The notes beneath the pieces were generated by a model. The model saw only the letters and a program-made list of their open reading frames with translations, had not been told where the DNA came from and searched no databases. The translations under genes were made by a program, and so were the position numbers. Of a stretch of 64,000 nt of DNA, positions 36,309-48,700 are shown in pieces (position 1 is the first letter of the stretch; each line of letters begins with the position of its first letter). Location of the stretch: the IMG/VR virus record IMGVR_UViG_3300050343_000182; one strand, 5' to 3'. Origin of the DNA: a virus.

Positions 36309-37844
36309 ATGGCGCTACTAACCGACCAATTTAGAATTTTTACTGCCAGCCGACTTATCAAGTCTCTGCAAGGACCCGATCCTGCTCAGACTGATAGTGA
36401 AGCTGGAAGTAGTCGTGATCGTCTGTATGTTTTCATCGGTCGTCCCCAACCTTGGGATAACGAGAATGCAGCGCCCGATCCTGTAGACTCTTTCCAAGAG
36501 TTTAGCGATGACTTCGCTGACATGATATCAATGAAGCGGGTGCTGGCGAATGATACTATTCAAGTTATTCGTAGGACTGACTGGATTCCTCCTGAGCAAA
36601 CCACTGGTGGCTTGGGTTATGTTTACGATATGTATCGTCATGACTACAGCGCAACTAAAACCGCGTCTTCTGGTGCTACCAAACTTTATGATGCAGACTT
36701 TTACGTTGTTAACTCATCGTATCAAGTCTATAAGTGCATCTATAACGGGACATCCCCTAGTGATCCTAACGGTAAGCCTTCTACTGTTGAGCCTACGGGT
36801 ACTTCAACTTCTATTATTACCACTGCTGACGGTTATCGTTGGAAGTATATGTATACGATCCCTGTGGGTCTTGTACTGAAATTCTTCTCCAATGAATACA
36901 TGCCTGTGCTGAGTGACACCGCTGTGGTGTCCGATGCAATTGGTGGTGAGATCGATACAGTTATTATTTCTTCTTCTGGTGCAGGGTATAACAATGGAAC
37001 CTACGAGAATGTGCCTATCAAAGGAGATGGTGTTGGCGGTCGTGTTTCTTTGGTTGTCGATGGGGGGCGTATTGTTAATGCTACTGTCACATCGGGTGGA
37101 TCAGGATACACCTTCGGTAAAGTCATCATCGATGAAGTCAACGGTATCGGTGCAGGTGCAGGATCAGGCGGCACCGTTGAAGTGATCATTCCCCCAACTG
37201 TCGGTCATGGTGCTGAGCCAGGGACAGAGATGGGTGGATACCGAGTCATGATTAACACCAAGTTTACCTATGCTGAGGGTAGTGGTGACTTCCCAACTGA
37301 TAACGACTACCGTCGTATTGGTTTGGTGATCAACCCTAACAAATTCGGCACAACAGAATTGGCAGCAGATCTTACTCTGTCCGCCACAAAGTCAGTTATC
37401 TTTGCTCCTACCTTCACAGGTAACTTTGCTACTGACGAAATTATCACACAGTCTCGCACAATTGGTGGTCAGCAAGTGACTGCTCGTGGACGTGTGATCT
37501 CATGGAATAGCACAACCAAAGTGCTTAAGTATTACCAGAATAGAATTGATGGTGTCTTCCCTGAATTCACTGGTAGTCTAATTGAGTTTGAGGGTGGTAA
37601 CCCTGTCGTGGGTGCAACATCTGGTGCATCTGCCGACCCTGATATTAACTTCCCAATTGTATCAGGATCCTCTACTCGTGTTATTAACAACACTGAGTAT
37701 GACTTGGGTATGTCTTTTACCAACGGTTATGCAAGACCAGAGGTTGAGCCAAATTCGGGTCGGGTTATTTACATAGATAATAGAGGCGCTATCACTCGTG
37801 CTGGTGACCAAATCGAAGACATTAAGATCGTAGTAGAGTTCTAA
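36309..37844 (+). CDS. g8: baseplate wedge subunit gp8
   Basis: LYVFIGRPQPW, VYKCIYNG, DGYRWKYMYTI and YIDNRGAITRAGDQIEDIKIVVEF are gp8 motifs. Confidence 0.92.
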   Translation: MALLTDQFRIFTASRLIKSLQGPDPAQTDSEAGSSRDRLYVFIGRPQPWDNENAAPDPVDSFQEFSDDFADMISMKRVLANDTIQVIRRTDWIPPEQTTGGLGYVYDMYRHDYSATKTASSGATKLYDADFYVVNSSYQVYKCIYNGTSPSDPNGKPSTVEPTGTSTSIITTADGYRWKYMYTIPVGLVLKFFSNEYMPVLSDTAVVSDAIGGEIDTVIISSSGAGYNNGTYENVPIKGDGVGGRVSLVVDGGRIVNATVTSGGSGYTFGKVIIDEVNGIGAGAGSGGTVEVIIPPTVGHGAEPGTEMGGYRVMINTKFTYAEGSGDFPTDNDYRRIGLVINPNKFGTTELAADLTLSATKSVIFAPTFTGNFATDEIITQSRTIGGQQVTARGRVISWNSTTKVLKYYQNRIDGVFPEFTGSLIEFEGGNPVVGATSGASADPDINFPIVSGSSTRVINNTEYDLGMSFTNGYARPEVEPNSGRVIYIDNRGAITRAGDQIEDIKIVVEF

Positions 37845-37847
37845 ACG

Positions 37848-40800
37848 ATGCCCCAGAATACCAATCTAAATATTGCTCCTTATTTCGACGACTTCGATAA
37901 GGATAAGAATTTCTACAGAGTGTTATTCCGCCCTGGATATCCTATCCAAGCGCGTGAATTAACGACTCTACAATCGATTCTCCAGAATCAGATTGAATCC
38001 ATCGGTCAACACTTCTTCAAAGAAGGCGCGATGGTTATCCCTGGTCAGGTCGGTTATGACCTGAATGTGCAGGCAATCATTCTGCAACAATCATTCCTAG
38101 GTGTCGATGTCGAAACCTACAGGACTCAACTGCATGGTCAGATTGTTGAGGGTATCACGACTGGCGTTAAAGCAAAGGTCTTGTATTCAATTGCTGCTTC
38201 TGAATCTGAGCGTGGTTACGTCACTCTATACGTTAAGTATATCGAGTCTGGTGACACAGTTTCTGACACAACCATTAAAGGATTCCAATCTAATGAGCAG
38301 TTGCTTGCTCAAAACGAAATTACTTTCGGCACAACACTGATCGAAATTGGATCACCATTTGGACAGTTGCTACCCGTTGACTCTACTGCGGTTGCATCTG
38401 CTGCATACATTAACAATGGTGTGTACTTTATTAGAGGTCACTTTGTTGATGTTGCATCTGCAAACCTGATCCTTGAGCAATATAGCAATAACCCTTCTTA
38501 CAGGGTTGGTCTGGAAGTTAGTGAATCTATTGTTACCCCAGAAGACGATCCGTCACTGAATGACAACGCTGCAGGAACTTCAAACTACTCAGCACCTGGC
38601 GGTCATAGATTTAAGATTAAGACTACCCTTGTCAAGAAGGCAATCAATGATTCGACTGACAAAAACTTCGTTGAATTACTACGAATCAACAATAGTAAAG
38701 TTGAGCAGTTTGTTGATCATACTGCATACTCAGAGCTTGAGAAGTCGATGGCACGTCGGACCTATGAAGAGTCTGGCGACTATGTTATCGACACTTTCAG
38801 TATCAAGGCAAGAGAATGTCTTGATGATGGTTTTAACAACGGGGTCTACACTCCTACTCAAACGACTCAGCAAAACAATATTCCTACAGATGATCTCCTA
38901 AGTTATGAGATCTCTCCTGGTAGAGCGTATGTGAAAGGATACAGGACTGAATTCCTTACACCTCAGTATGTTGACTCTGCCAAACCTAGAGATTTTGCTT
39001 GTGTAGAAAACGGTATTATCCACTTCAGACTTGGCAACTTTGTTAAAGTCTACGATCAGTATGGTTGGGCTGACCTAACTGGTGAAGGTGTGTCTGATGC
39101 ATACCAAGTTATCGAATTATACGATGACTGGAATCTAGGCGTATCCAACTCAATTGTTGGTAATCAGATCGGTCGGGCTCGTATTGTCCAACTTCAAGTT
39201 GATCAGGCAAACCAGTATGACATGTGGTTCTTTGATCCACAGATGTTTACTGCTATAAACTTTGCATCTGGTAACAACTCTGTTTCTATTGGTGATGTGC
39301 TTAGAGGTCGCACCTCTGGTGCCCGTGGTTTCGTTGCTGATAGTGGTAGCAGCACTCACTGTAAACTAGAGCAGGTCTCTGGTGTCTTCCTTAACAACGA
39401 AGTTGTTGAAAGAGATGGTCGTGTAATCGGCACACTGGAAGCAGCACATACTTATAACCTATCCGATGTCCGTCGTTCTGTTGGTAGAAATGATAGCAAC
39501 GTTGTAACATTTGCAGCAAACTGGTTGCTGAATGATAATGCTTCTATTGAGTCTTCTACCGTTACTGTAAGTGGCACTGGTGCTCTTTCTACAGGTTTCA
39601 GGACCAAGTTTGCAGAAGATCTCCGTCCTGGTGATGTTGTTACTACAACTGCATCTGGTCTAAATGGTGGCAATACTTTAAGAATTAAGAGAGTTGATCC
39701 TACTCTGATTGCTACCAACACTGGTAACATCGCTACAGGTGGCACACCAGTCTTTGATTACCTTAATCAAACCGCCATTATGGATGCCTCCCTCAAGAAG
39801 GGTAGTGGCAATGCTGATGGTGAGTATGCTGAGATGGTAAGGATGCGTCCTTTCATCTTCCAGAAAGACTATCAGAATGGTGAGTTGTCAATTGACGCTC
39901 CTAGAACTTCGATGAAGTCTATCTCTGACGAGTCATTCTTTGTATACAGGACATTCGCTAACAAGACCGTTGTGTCTGGTGGTGTTACTGTGTCTCTGCC
40001 TGAATCCGAGCAGTTTGCAGCACTCGATGATGAAAACTATGTGTTGACGATTGTTGCTGAGTCTGGATCTTCATATAGTGTTGGTGATAACCTTGACATT
40101 GATAATCTCAATGACCTTGGATCTCTGACTGTTACCTTCGGTGCTGATGCACAGTCTATTACCATCTCTGGTTTGGCTAACGTCAACACCGTTAAGTTGA
40201 CTGCTCTTATCTCTAAGAATATCGTCACCAGAAAGATTAAGACTGCCGCTAAGATGCGTGCAATGAAGGTGACCCGCACACGTATTAACAATGACCAAAC
40301 CAAGTATGGTCTGGCATATGGTAACCTGTATGGCACCCGTATTGAAGATGAAGAGATTTCATTTGCATTGAATGATGTCTATAAGATTCATGCTGTATAT
40401 GAGTCTGAGGGTGATAATGATGCTGAATCACCTTATATGGTGTTGTCAGAATCTACCTTCTTTGATAACGGATCAGTTGTTGTAGGTAAGACCTCTGGTG
40501 CTCGTGGTCGAGTTATCCAGTTTGTCAACAGCACACTGAGACTGTACTTCGTTGCACTTAACGAAATTCCATTCATCCCTGGCGAGACCATTGATGGTGT
40601 TGATGATGACGGCATTCCTCTGCAGGCAATTGTTGATGACTCTGACGGATCCGTTTCTAAGGGATCTAAAGTTGTCACAACCCAGTTTGAATTGGAAAGT
40701 GGTCAGAAGGCACACTTCTATGATGTCTGTAAACTGGCTCGGATGCCTGGTTTCTCCCCACCAATTCGTAAGATACTTGTAATCTTTGACTACTTCTTGC

Positions 40801-43800
40801 ATGAGTCTTCAGGTGATTACTTCTCAGCCCAGTCTTACACTGGTATCATGTATAAGGAGATTCCTAAGTATAAACTAGATGGATCGATTAACTATATCCG
40901 TGACCAGATTGACTTCCGTCCTGGTATCGGTGAATTAGCATCTGGATCTGGCACCATCACGTCACCTTTCTTTGTGAATTGTGCGTCACTTGATTTTGGA
41001 TCTAGACAGTTTGATACCTCTGGTGGTGTCGGTGGATCTACCATCTTCGATATCCCTAAGGTTAACACACAATTTAGATGTGACTACTGCTACTATCTCC
41101 CTAGAGCAGACAAGTTGTATTTGACACATGACAACAAACTGAAAATTGTCAAGGGTGTGTCCTCTGAGGATGTTCCTCATCCTGATAAGATTGACAATGC
41201 GATGCTTCTCGCAACGATTGAGATGCGTCCATATGTGTATGACGTTGAGCGTGATGTCCTGATCTATCCTGAGATCATCAAGCGTTATACCATGAAGGAC
41301 ATCGGAGATCTGGAGACCAGACTCTCCCACGTTGAGTATTACACTTCACTGTCTCTGCTAGAAGTACAAGCAGACAACACTAAGACATATGATGATAACG
41401 GTTTCGACCGTCTGAAGAATGGTTACGTTGTAGATGACTTCACCGACCACACTGTTGGTGACGTTCTCAGCATTGATTATAAGTGCTCCATGGACTTCAA
41501 AGAGGGTCACCTCCGTCCTTCGCACTATACTTCTAACGTGCCCCTGCAAATTAACATGGGTGCATCCAGCAACGTCGTTAAGACTACTGGAAACATGGTG
41601 ATGCTGCCTTATGAAGATCTGGCAATCATTACTCAACCATATGCATCTAGGACTGAGAATGTTAACCCATTCAACGTGTTTACATTCATTGGTCGTATTG
41701 ACCTGACACCTGCATCTGACGACTGGATTGATATCGAGCGTCTTCCTGCTCGTGTTGAGAACGTTGAAGGTGACTTCTCTGCTGTTGCTAGAGACCTTCA
41801 GATTGATCAGAATGGTTTTGCTCCTCTCCAATGGGGTGGTTGGCAAACTAACTGGACTGGTGAATCTCTCCAATCAACCACTCAAACTAGAAACAGGTCT
41901 GGTAGTTTCTCCTCTGGTGGTCGTAGACTCGGTAGATTGGGTCACGGTCAAGGAAGACAACCTCTGTTTGTGCATGAGAGACGCACCTATCGTGTTGTTA
42001 ACAACCAGGCACGTCAAGGCGTGAGAACTCGCGTTACGCCCAAGATTGATAGAAAGTCTTTGGGTGATACCATGCTGTCACAAACAGCAATCCCCTGGAT
42101 TAGATCTAGAAACATCGGTTTCAACATCGATCGCCTCAAGCCTCGCACAAGAATGTATTACTTCTTCGATGGCGTTAATGTCAGCGGTTATGTAACACCT
42201 AAGGTTATTGAGCTTACTAAGTCTTCTACTGCTGATCCCAACTCTAACGAGACCCCATTCGTGGTGGGCGAGACTGTGGTAGGTCAGACCTCTGGCGCAA
42301 GAGTATTAGTTGCTCCTGCCAATGACGGATATAAGACTGACCCATATGGTATTGGTCCAACTGGACTCGCTGAGTCTTATGCATCACAAACCAACTTCCT
42401 GAATATTGACATCACTGCAATGGCAGAGACAGTCAATCCTAACTTCTACGGTAACGTCAACGTGGGTGAAGTCCTTCTTGGATTGACCTCTGGTGCTCGT
42501 GCTGTTGTAAGAGATCGTCGTCTTCTTTCCGATAACGTTGGTAACCTACAAGGCACGTTCTTCATTCCTTCTCCTAAGAATGATTCAAACCCACGCTGGG
42601 CAACTGGCACAAGGACGGTTAGAGTCACAACTTCGGATACGAATGATAGGACTCCTGGAAATGTGGATTCCTCTGCAGACGCATCATACTCCGCAACTGG
42701 CACCTTACAAACTGTTAGAGAAAACATTCTTGCCGTCCGTAATGCTGAGATCGTCCGCGATACAGTTAATGACGAAAGGACTGTTATTACTACCAGGACT
42801 GAGCAACGTCAGATTGGTTGGTATGACCCTCTTGCACAATCCTTTATTTGCGATTCGGAAGGCGGCGTATTCCTGACAGGTGTTGACATCTTCTTCAGGA
42901 CTAAGGACGCTAACATTCCTATCTCAATTCAGATCAGGACCATGGAGAATGGTTATCCTACTAAGGATATCATTCCTTTCTCTGATACTACTATCGATCC
43001 TGACACTGTTGAATTGTCGGAAAACGCAAGTATTCCTACAAGATTTACATTTAGATCTCCTGTTTACATTAAGTCAAACATTGAATATTGCTTCGTGCTT
43101 CTGTCTGACTCCAACGAATATAACGTCTGGATCTCCAGAATGGGTGATGTTGATGTGACAGGTACAAGGACAATCTCCGAGCAACCATATGCTGGTGTGC
43201 TCTTCAAGTCACAAAACGCTTCTACCTGGACTGCTGACCAGTATGAAGATTTGAAGTTTACCATGTATCGTGCTGAGTTTACTGCAAACTTAGGCACAGC
43301 AATCTTTAACAACGCTGAGCTTGGTAAGGGTAACAATGGTATTCACAGACTGATTGAAAATCCAATCCAGACTCTGAAACCTAAGCAGACTCTCACGCTT
43401 CCTGTTGATAGTAACTACACCTTTACAGTTGGTGCAAGAATCATTCAAACACCTTCTAATGCAGAAGGTACTATTGTTGAATTTGATTCTATATCCAATC
43501 CTGAAACTATTACTATTACAGATATTGATGGTATCTGGTCTGCTGGTTTCCTTGATGCCAACAACAACACATTCCAAGGCATCGCTTCCTCCCAATCTGT
43601 CGCTACGATTATCCTGTCTGCGATCTTCAACGGCACGTTTGAGGTTGGTGATGTTGTAAGTGGATCTACATCTGCTTCAACTGGTGTTGTCACAGCATAT
43701 GATACAGGCACGCAGACTCTGACACTCAACTACATTACTAGAGCATTTGATCTTTCAGATACTCTATCTGAGCCAGGTGGCACATCTGCAACGATCACTA

Positions 43801-45155
43801 GCATCGTCTACAGCGGCGATTCCTACGATTCATTCCCAACTTCTTCTCCTTCTTATCCTAACGATGACAAGGAAGTGCTGGTTTATCACAGAAACCATGG
43901 TATGCATCAACGTAGTAATAACGTTGAGGTTGAGGGCATTATCTCAGAAGTGCCTCCTACTACATTGACCACTACCCTGACTGCTGGAGCAACTTCCATC
44001 CAAGTTAATGATGGATCTCAGTTCCATCAAATTATCGGTGGATCTCCAATTGGTAACCTCAACCAAGGTTATCTTAAGATTGAAGATGAGATTATTCAAT
44101 ACTCCTCAATCTCTGTTAACGGTCAAGTCATCACAGTGGCAACCTCTGGTAGAGGTAACAGTGGCACTGCTGATGTTGAGCACGCCTCTGGTGCAATTGT
44201 CGAATGCTACAACCTCGATGGCATTCCTCTGACTCAAATCAATAAGGTCCACACTACTATCTCTTGCCCATGGTTAGATACCTACATGTTGCACATTGAT
44301 AGTGTTGCAACTAACGGTATTCGTGGTGGTGGCACCATGGTTTATTCTTCTCAGAATGTCCAGTTTGAAACCATTACACCTACGGTGTCTACGATGGTTA
44401 TGGCAGATACAAGTCTGTCAGCAAGACTGAATACTACTACTGCTACATCAGTTGGTGATGGATCTAATGTAGTTGACCAAAACTCCTTCATCAATAATGG
44501 CACTTATGTTGACATTGTATTGAATGAGCAAAACGTGTTTACTGCTCCTCAGATGGTTGCATCTAAGATTAATGAGCAGAACAAACTGGATGGTAACAAG
44601 TCCCTTACTATGGCAATCGCACTTGAGACTGAAAAATCATCACTCTCTCCTTGTATTGACCTTGACCGTGTGTCACTGATTACAACATCTAACCGCGTAA
44701 ATATGTGGCCAGGTGGACAATCAACTTACGGTCAGCAATCACAAATTGATAGAGATCAAGATGTTTCTACTCTTGCTGTTGGTGATCAAAATGATGCTGT
44801 CTATGTCACACGTCTGGCACGTTTGGGCAAAGAAGCACGCTCACTGAAGATTGACTTCCAAGTTACCCGTCACCCTGCTACCGAGCTTCGTATCTACTAC
44901 AAGGCATTCAAGGTTGGTGATGCTACTGATCCTAATACTATTGGTTGGACACAAATGGGTCTTCCCACTTCCAATCAAAACTTAGGTGAAGCATATGATA
45001 CAACTCCTACAGAAGAATACCTCTGGAAGGATTATACATATGAAGCAAGGGGACTTAACTTCAACGCTTTCCAAGTGAAGATTGTAATGAGATCTAAAAA
45101 CCAAGCACGAGTACCACTCATAGCTGATCTTAGATCCATTGCTCTTGCAACCTAA
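37848..45155 (+). CDS. large virion structural protein, VrlC/DUF4815-like (2435 aa)
   Basis: MPQNTNLNIAPYFDDFD...FYRVLFRPGYPIQARELTTLQSILQNQIE and DPLAQSF...GVFLTGVDIFF. Confidence 0.85.
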   Translation: MPQNTNLNIAPYFDDFDKDKNFYRVLFRPGYPIQARELTTLQSILQNQIESIGQHFFKEGAMVIPGQVGYDLNVQAIILQQSFLGVDVETYRTQLHGQIVEGITTGVKAKVLYSIAASESERGYVTLYVKYIESGDTVSDTTIKGFQSNEQLLAQNEITFGTTLIEIGSPFGQLLPVDSTAVASAAYINNGVYFIRGHFVDVASANLILEQYSNNPSYRVGLEVSESIVTPEDDPSLNDNAAGTSNYSAPGGHRFKIKTTLVKKAINDSTDKNFVELLRINNSKVEQFVDHTAYSELEKSMARRTYEESGDYVIDTFSIKARECLDDGFNNGVYTPTQTTQQNNIPTDDLLSYEISPGRAYVKGYRTEFLTPQYVDSAKPRDFACVENGIIHFRLGNFVKVYDQYGWADLTGEGVSDAYQVIELYDDWNLGVSNSIVGNQIGRARIVQLQVDQANQYDMWFFDPQMFTAINFASGNNSVSIGDVLRGRTSGARGFVADSGSSTHCKLEQVSGVFLNNEVVERDGRVIGTLEAAHTYNLSDVRRSVGRNDSNVVTFAANWLLNDNASIESSTVTVSGTGALSTGFRTKFAEDLRPGDVVTTTASGLNGGNTLRIKRVDPTLIATNTGNIATGGTPVFDYLNQTAIMDASLKKGSGNADGEYAEMVRMRPFIFQKDYQNGELSIDAPRTSMKSISDESFFVYRTFANKTVVSGGVTVSLPESEQFAALDDENYVLTIVAESGSSYSVGDNLDIDNLNDLGSLTVTFGADAQSITISGLANVNTVKLTALISKNIVTRKIKTAAKMRAMKVTRTRINNDQTKYGLAYGNLYGTRIEDEEISFALNDVYKIHAVYESEGDNDAESPYMVLSESTFFDNGSVVVGKTSGARGRVIQFVNSTLRLYFVALNEIPFIPGETIDGVDDDGIPLQAIVDDSDGSVSKGSKVVTTQFELESGQKAHFYDVCKLARMPGFSPPIRKILVIFDYFLHESSGDYFSAQSYTGIMYKEIPKYKLDGSINYIRDQIDFRPGIGELASGSGTITSPFFVNCASLDFGSRQFDTSGGVGGSTIFDIPKVNTQFRCDYCYYLPRADKLYLTHDNKLKIVKGVSSEDVPHPDKIDNAMLLATIEMRPYVYDVERDVLIYPEIIKRYTMKDIGDLETRLSHVEYYTSLSLLEVQADNTKTYDDNGFDRLKNGYVVDDFTDHTVGDVLSIDYKCSMDFKEGHLRPSHYTSNVPLQINMGASSNVVKTTGNMVMLPYEDLAIITQPYASRTENVNPFNVFTFIGRIDLTPASDDWIDIERLPARVENVEGDFSAVARDLQIDQNGFAPLQWGGWQTNWTGESLQSTTQTRNRSGSFSSGGRRLGRLGHGQGRQPLFVHERRTYRVVNNQARQGVRTRVTPKIDRKSLGDTMLSQTAIPWIRSRNIGFNIDRLKPRTRMYYFFDGVNVSGYVTPKVIELTKSSTADPNSNETPFVVGETVVGQTSGARVLVAPANDGYKTDPYGIGPTGLAESYASQTNFLNIDITAMAETVNPNFYGNVNVGEVLLGLTSGARAVVRDRRLLSDNVGNLQGTFFIPSPKNDSNPRWATGTRTVRVTTSDTNDRTPGNVDSSADASYSATGTLQTVRENILAVRNAEIVRDTVNDERTVITTRTEQRQIGWYDPLAQSFICDSEGGVFLTGVDIFFRTKDANIPISIQIRTMENGYPTKDIIPFSDTTIDPDTVELSENASIPTRFTFRSPVYIKSNIEYCFVLLSDSNEYNVWISRMGDVDVTGTRTISEQPYAGVLFKSQNASTWTADQYEDLKFTMYRAEFTANLGTAIFNNAELGKGNNGIHRLIENPIQTLKPKQTLTLPVDSNYTFTVGARIIQTPSNAEGTIVEFDSISNPETITITDIDGIWSAGFLDANNNTFQGIASSQSVATIILSAIFNGTFEVGDVVSGSTSASTGVVTAYDTGTQTLTLNYITRAFDLSDTLSEPGGTSATITSIVYSGDSYDSFPTSSPSYPNDDKEVLVYHRNHGMHQRSNNVEVEGIISEVPPTTLTTTLTAGATSIQVNDGSQFHQIIGGSPIGNLNQGYLKIEDEIIQYSSISVNGQVITVATSGRGNSGTADVEHASGAIVECYNLDGIPLTQINKVHTTISCPWLDTYMLHIDSVATNGIRGGGTMVYSSQNVQFETITPTVSTMVMADTSLSARLNTTTATSVGDGSNVVDQNSFINNGTYVDIVLNEQNVFTAPQMVASKINEQNKLDGNKSLTMAIALETEKSSLSPCIDLDRVSLITTSNRVNMWPGGQSTYGQQSQIDRDQDVSTLAVGDQNDAVYVTRLARLGKEARSLKIDFQVTRHPATELRIYYKAFKVGDATDPNTIGWTQMGLPTSNQNLGEAYDTTPTEEYLWKDYTYEARGLNFNAFQVKIVMRSKNQARVPLIADLRSIALAT

Positions 45156-45184
45156 CACGGTTATTATAATAGTTATTCTTTGAT

Positions 45185-45457
45185 ATGTCAACAGATTCTG
45201 ATTACATTAAACCATTCAATGATGACCTAATCCCTGTTGAAGGCAGGGATGGTTGGTTTCGTGATCCAAATAGTAATGCTATTGTGAACTGTAATATGTC
45301 AGAGTATGACAACTATATGGCGGCATTTAATCGTCGCACCAAGAAAGAGGAGAAGTTAAACACTTTACAAGATGAGGTATCTGGGTTAAAATCGGATATC
45401 GGTGAAATCAAAAACCTACTTAAATCATTACTACACGGAGACAACAATGCCAGCTGA
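45185..45457 (+). CDS. small protein with C-terminal coiled coil
   Basis: ORF track; LNTLQDEVSGLKSDIGEIKNLLKSLL heptads. Confidence 0.8.
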   Translation: MSTDSDYIKPFNDDLIPVEGRDGWFRDPNSNAIVNCNMSEYDNYMAAFNRRTKKEEKLNTLQDEVSGLKSDIGEIKNLLKSLLHGDNNAS

Positions 45458-45689
45458 TGTGACTGAAACTGCCTCACAAGAAGAATTGCTTGAGCAATTC
45501 AAAACTCGTTACCAGGGTCTTTTGAAAGACAACCGCGAGATGGCAGACAAGATTAAGAGCAATGAAGCTACCGCTCTAAAACTTCTCGGTGCTATTGAGA
45601 CTCTTGAGTATCTCAATCCACCAACTGAAGAAGAAGTTGAGCCACGTCCAGACGGGACTATTGATCCCGACGACCTGGAAACTACCTGA
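45447..45689 (+). CDS. small coiled-coil protein (80 aa)
   Basis: GGAG RBS before the ATG at 45447 (start moved from 45402). Confidence 0.75.
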   Translation: MPADVTETASQEELLEQFKTRYQGLLKDNREMADKIKSNEATALKLLGAIETLEYLNPPTEEEVEPRPDGTIDPDDLETT

Positions 45690-45694
45690 CCCCT

Positions 45695-45716
45695 ACCCCC
45701 CGAAAGGGGGGTTTTT
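45695..45716 (+). terminator. rho-independent terminator
   Basis: ACCCCCC-GAAA-GGGGGGT followed by a T run, right after the stop at 45689. Confidence 0.85.
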
Positions 45717-45721
45717 CGTGA

Positions 45722-45729
45722 CATAAATA
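45722..45729 (+). promoter_or_regulatory. T4-type late promoter for the tail fibre gene
   Basis: CATAAATA immediately after the terminator. Confidence 0.75.
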
Positions 45730-45770
45730 AGTCAGACAGACTAACTGTTGTGCTAGGATCCTTTTAAGCA

Positions 45771-48700
45771 ATGGCAAATAGAATACAATTAAGACGTGAC
45801 GGTGCTCAGCAGTGGGCAAACGTCAACCCTATTCTCGCCCAAGGTGAGTTGGGAATCGAAATTGATACCTCGCGTATCAAAATCGGTGATGGTGTAACCG
45901 CCTGGAACTCTCTAAGATATGAGAGACCGATTGAGACGGAATCTAATACCGCTAACACGCTTGTTAAACGTGATGCTGACGGTAACTTTGAGGCAGGTGC
46001 AATTACTGCTTCTCTCGTCGGTAACTCCGCTACTGCAACCCGACTGGCAAACGCACGACAGATCGCCCTGGGTGGTGACATGTCTGGTGCTGGCACGTTT
46101 GATGGATCCTCAAACCTGACCATTACTGCCGAATTGAATTATGTGGTGGCACTGCCTCACTATGATGAGAATGACCTAGCAGCAACTGGCACCTACACCC
46201 GTATCACGGTGGACTCTCGTGGTCGTATTATCGATGCTGAGACACCTGGCACTCTTGCTGAGTATGGTATTGGTGACGCACAACCTTTAGATAGTGATTT
46301 GACCTCTCTTGCCGACATGGCAGGTTTCGGTTTCATCTCTAGACAAGCAGAAGGAACCCTAGTAAACCGCACCATTACGGGTGGTAGTGGTCGTGTCATT
46401 GTCAACAATGGTAATGCTCAAACTAATAATCCATTCATTGACCTAGCAGATACCACAGTTGTGGTGGGTAAGTATAATACCCTCAACTCAATGGATCCTC
46501 TGGTCAATCCTTTGATCAGTGCTACAACTGGTGAGGAGACAGTCAACACAGTTAACTTCCAAGTTGACAGATATGGTCGTCTAGTTTATGCTAATACTTC
46601 ACCGATTGCTACGGCAACTGAAGGAGCTAAGGATGGCACATCTTTCACCAATTACGATAACGCTACTGCGTATCCTAGATTTTCAAAGGTTATTGCTACT
46701 AACGGTCGCGTCTACCAAGCGGCTATTAGGGATATCGGATCAGGACTCGGAGAGCCTTCCCACAACATCCAAGGTGGTGATGCAGACGATCAAGGTGGAT
46801 GGAGAGATCTGGGTACTGATACCGTCGAGCAAAAGGGTCTTGCGAGTTTCGACCAGGAAGACTTCAACGTAGATGCTAACGGTCATGTAACGATTGCGGC
46901 TAACGCCATTGAAAATTCCCAGTTGCAATCACTGGGTCATTTGATGTTTACGGATCAGAATGCAACTGAAACCTTTGAGCTGGACCCCGAAAGGACGACT
47001 GATAATGCTTATCATGGCATTACCAAGCTTAACCATATTAACGTTAACAACAGAACTGGCGGTAGCGTATTCCGTATCGTTGGTTACGATACTGGTGAGT
47101 ATCCTTTCCAACCTGGAGTTTTGGGGCAGGGCAATTCCTATCCTGCTATTGCTGCTGATGACGCTAACGGTAACGGTAGTGCCACCAGTGGATCATCTCT
47201 CACTGGTCTTGTTGACGTTAACCTCGATGCTACCATTAGTGGTAACATTACTCTTGATGTTACAAAAGCCGACCAGTTCATTAAGCGAACCTCGGGAAAT
47301 CTCGAAATTGCCCTAGAGGTAAATGAAGCGACAAATCGCTCCATGGATATCAACGTTACCAATGCTGGTAGTGGAGATGCAACTCTAAACATTACTTCAG
47401 ATCAGGACATCACCATTGCGGTGACTGACGTTGACCATAGAGTCAACATCGAAGACTTCCATATTCAGGATAATGTTATCTCTACAACCAATGCCATCAT
47501 GGTATTGGATCCTAATGATGACGATGACCTTACTGGCACCGTCCGTATCCGTGGTGACCTGACAGTTGATGGTGTTACAACCACTGTTAACTCAACTGTA
47601 GTGACCATCCAAGACCCCATCATGACGTTGGGTGGCGAGGATACACTGTTAACAGATGATAACAAAGACCGTGGTATTGAATTTAGGTATTATGATAGTC
47701 AAGAGCGATTTGGATTCTATGGTTGGGATGAAGACTATGCGGACTCTAACATTTGGTCTGGCACTGGCGGGTATAGGTTCCTCTACAACGCGACTAACGC
47801 CTCTGAAGTTTACTCTGGCACTGACGCTCCTATCATTGCTGGTAACCTCAGACTAACTACAGACACTTCTTCTACTTGGAAGACACCTACAACTGGCACC
47901 TTGGTGGTGACTGGTGGCACAGGTATCTCTGAGAATCTTAACGTCGGTGGCACGACCCACCTGAATGGTAACGTTGAGATTGATGGCACAGTTGACATTG
48001 ATGCCAACTTCGCTGTTAGAAACAATACTACTGATAAGTTTACTATTGAAAGTGCAACTGGTAACACTGTTATCGAAGGCACCCTGGATATTCAACTTGA
48101 GACTGAGATTACAGATAATCTCATCCTCACTGCTGATAACAAAGAATTTATTATCCGCACTGCTGGATCAGTCAATAAGTTTACTGTTGATTCTGATAAC
48201 GGTAATACTGATGTCCAAGGGACACTACATGTAGTCCAAGGTGTTGACTTTGATTCAACTCTTAATGTTGATAGCAACGTAACATTCAATGCTGAATTGG
48301 ATGTCGATGATGATGTGGTCTTCCATAATGACTTCCTGATGGATGTCACTGGTAAGTATTTCACTATTACCAATGGCAGCAATCAAACGTTCCGTATCCT
48401 GAGCACAAATGGCAATACAGATATCGAAGGTAGTCTTAATGTTGGGGGCGTCAACACTTTTGAGCGCACTAACAATATCACTATTGGTGAGACTGATTCT
48501 GACATCACCCTAAGCAGTGGTGGAAATGCTACCTTCGCTGGTGGCGTCAACATGGATAAGGATCTCCGTGTTGGTGGTGACATCTATCTGGCAGATCGTC
48601 TGGTCGTCAAGGATGCTGGCACTGCTCGCACCCGTCCTTCTCTGCTTAATAACGTTGATGTCCTATACCGCACCTATCTGGGTGGTGGCACAGCACACAA

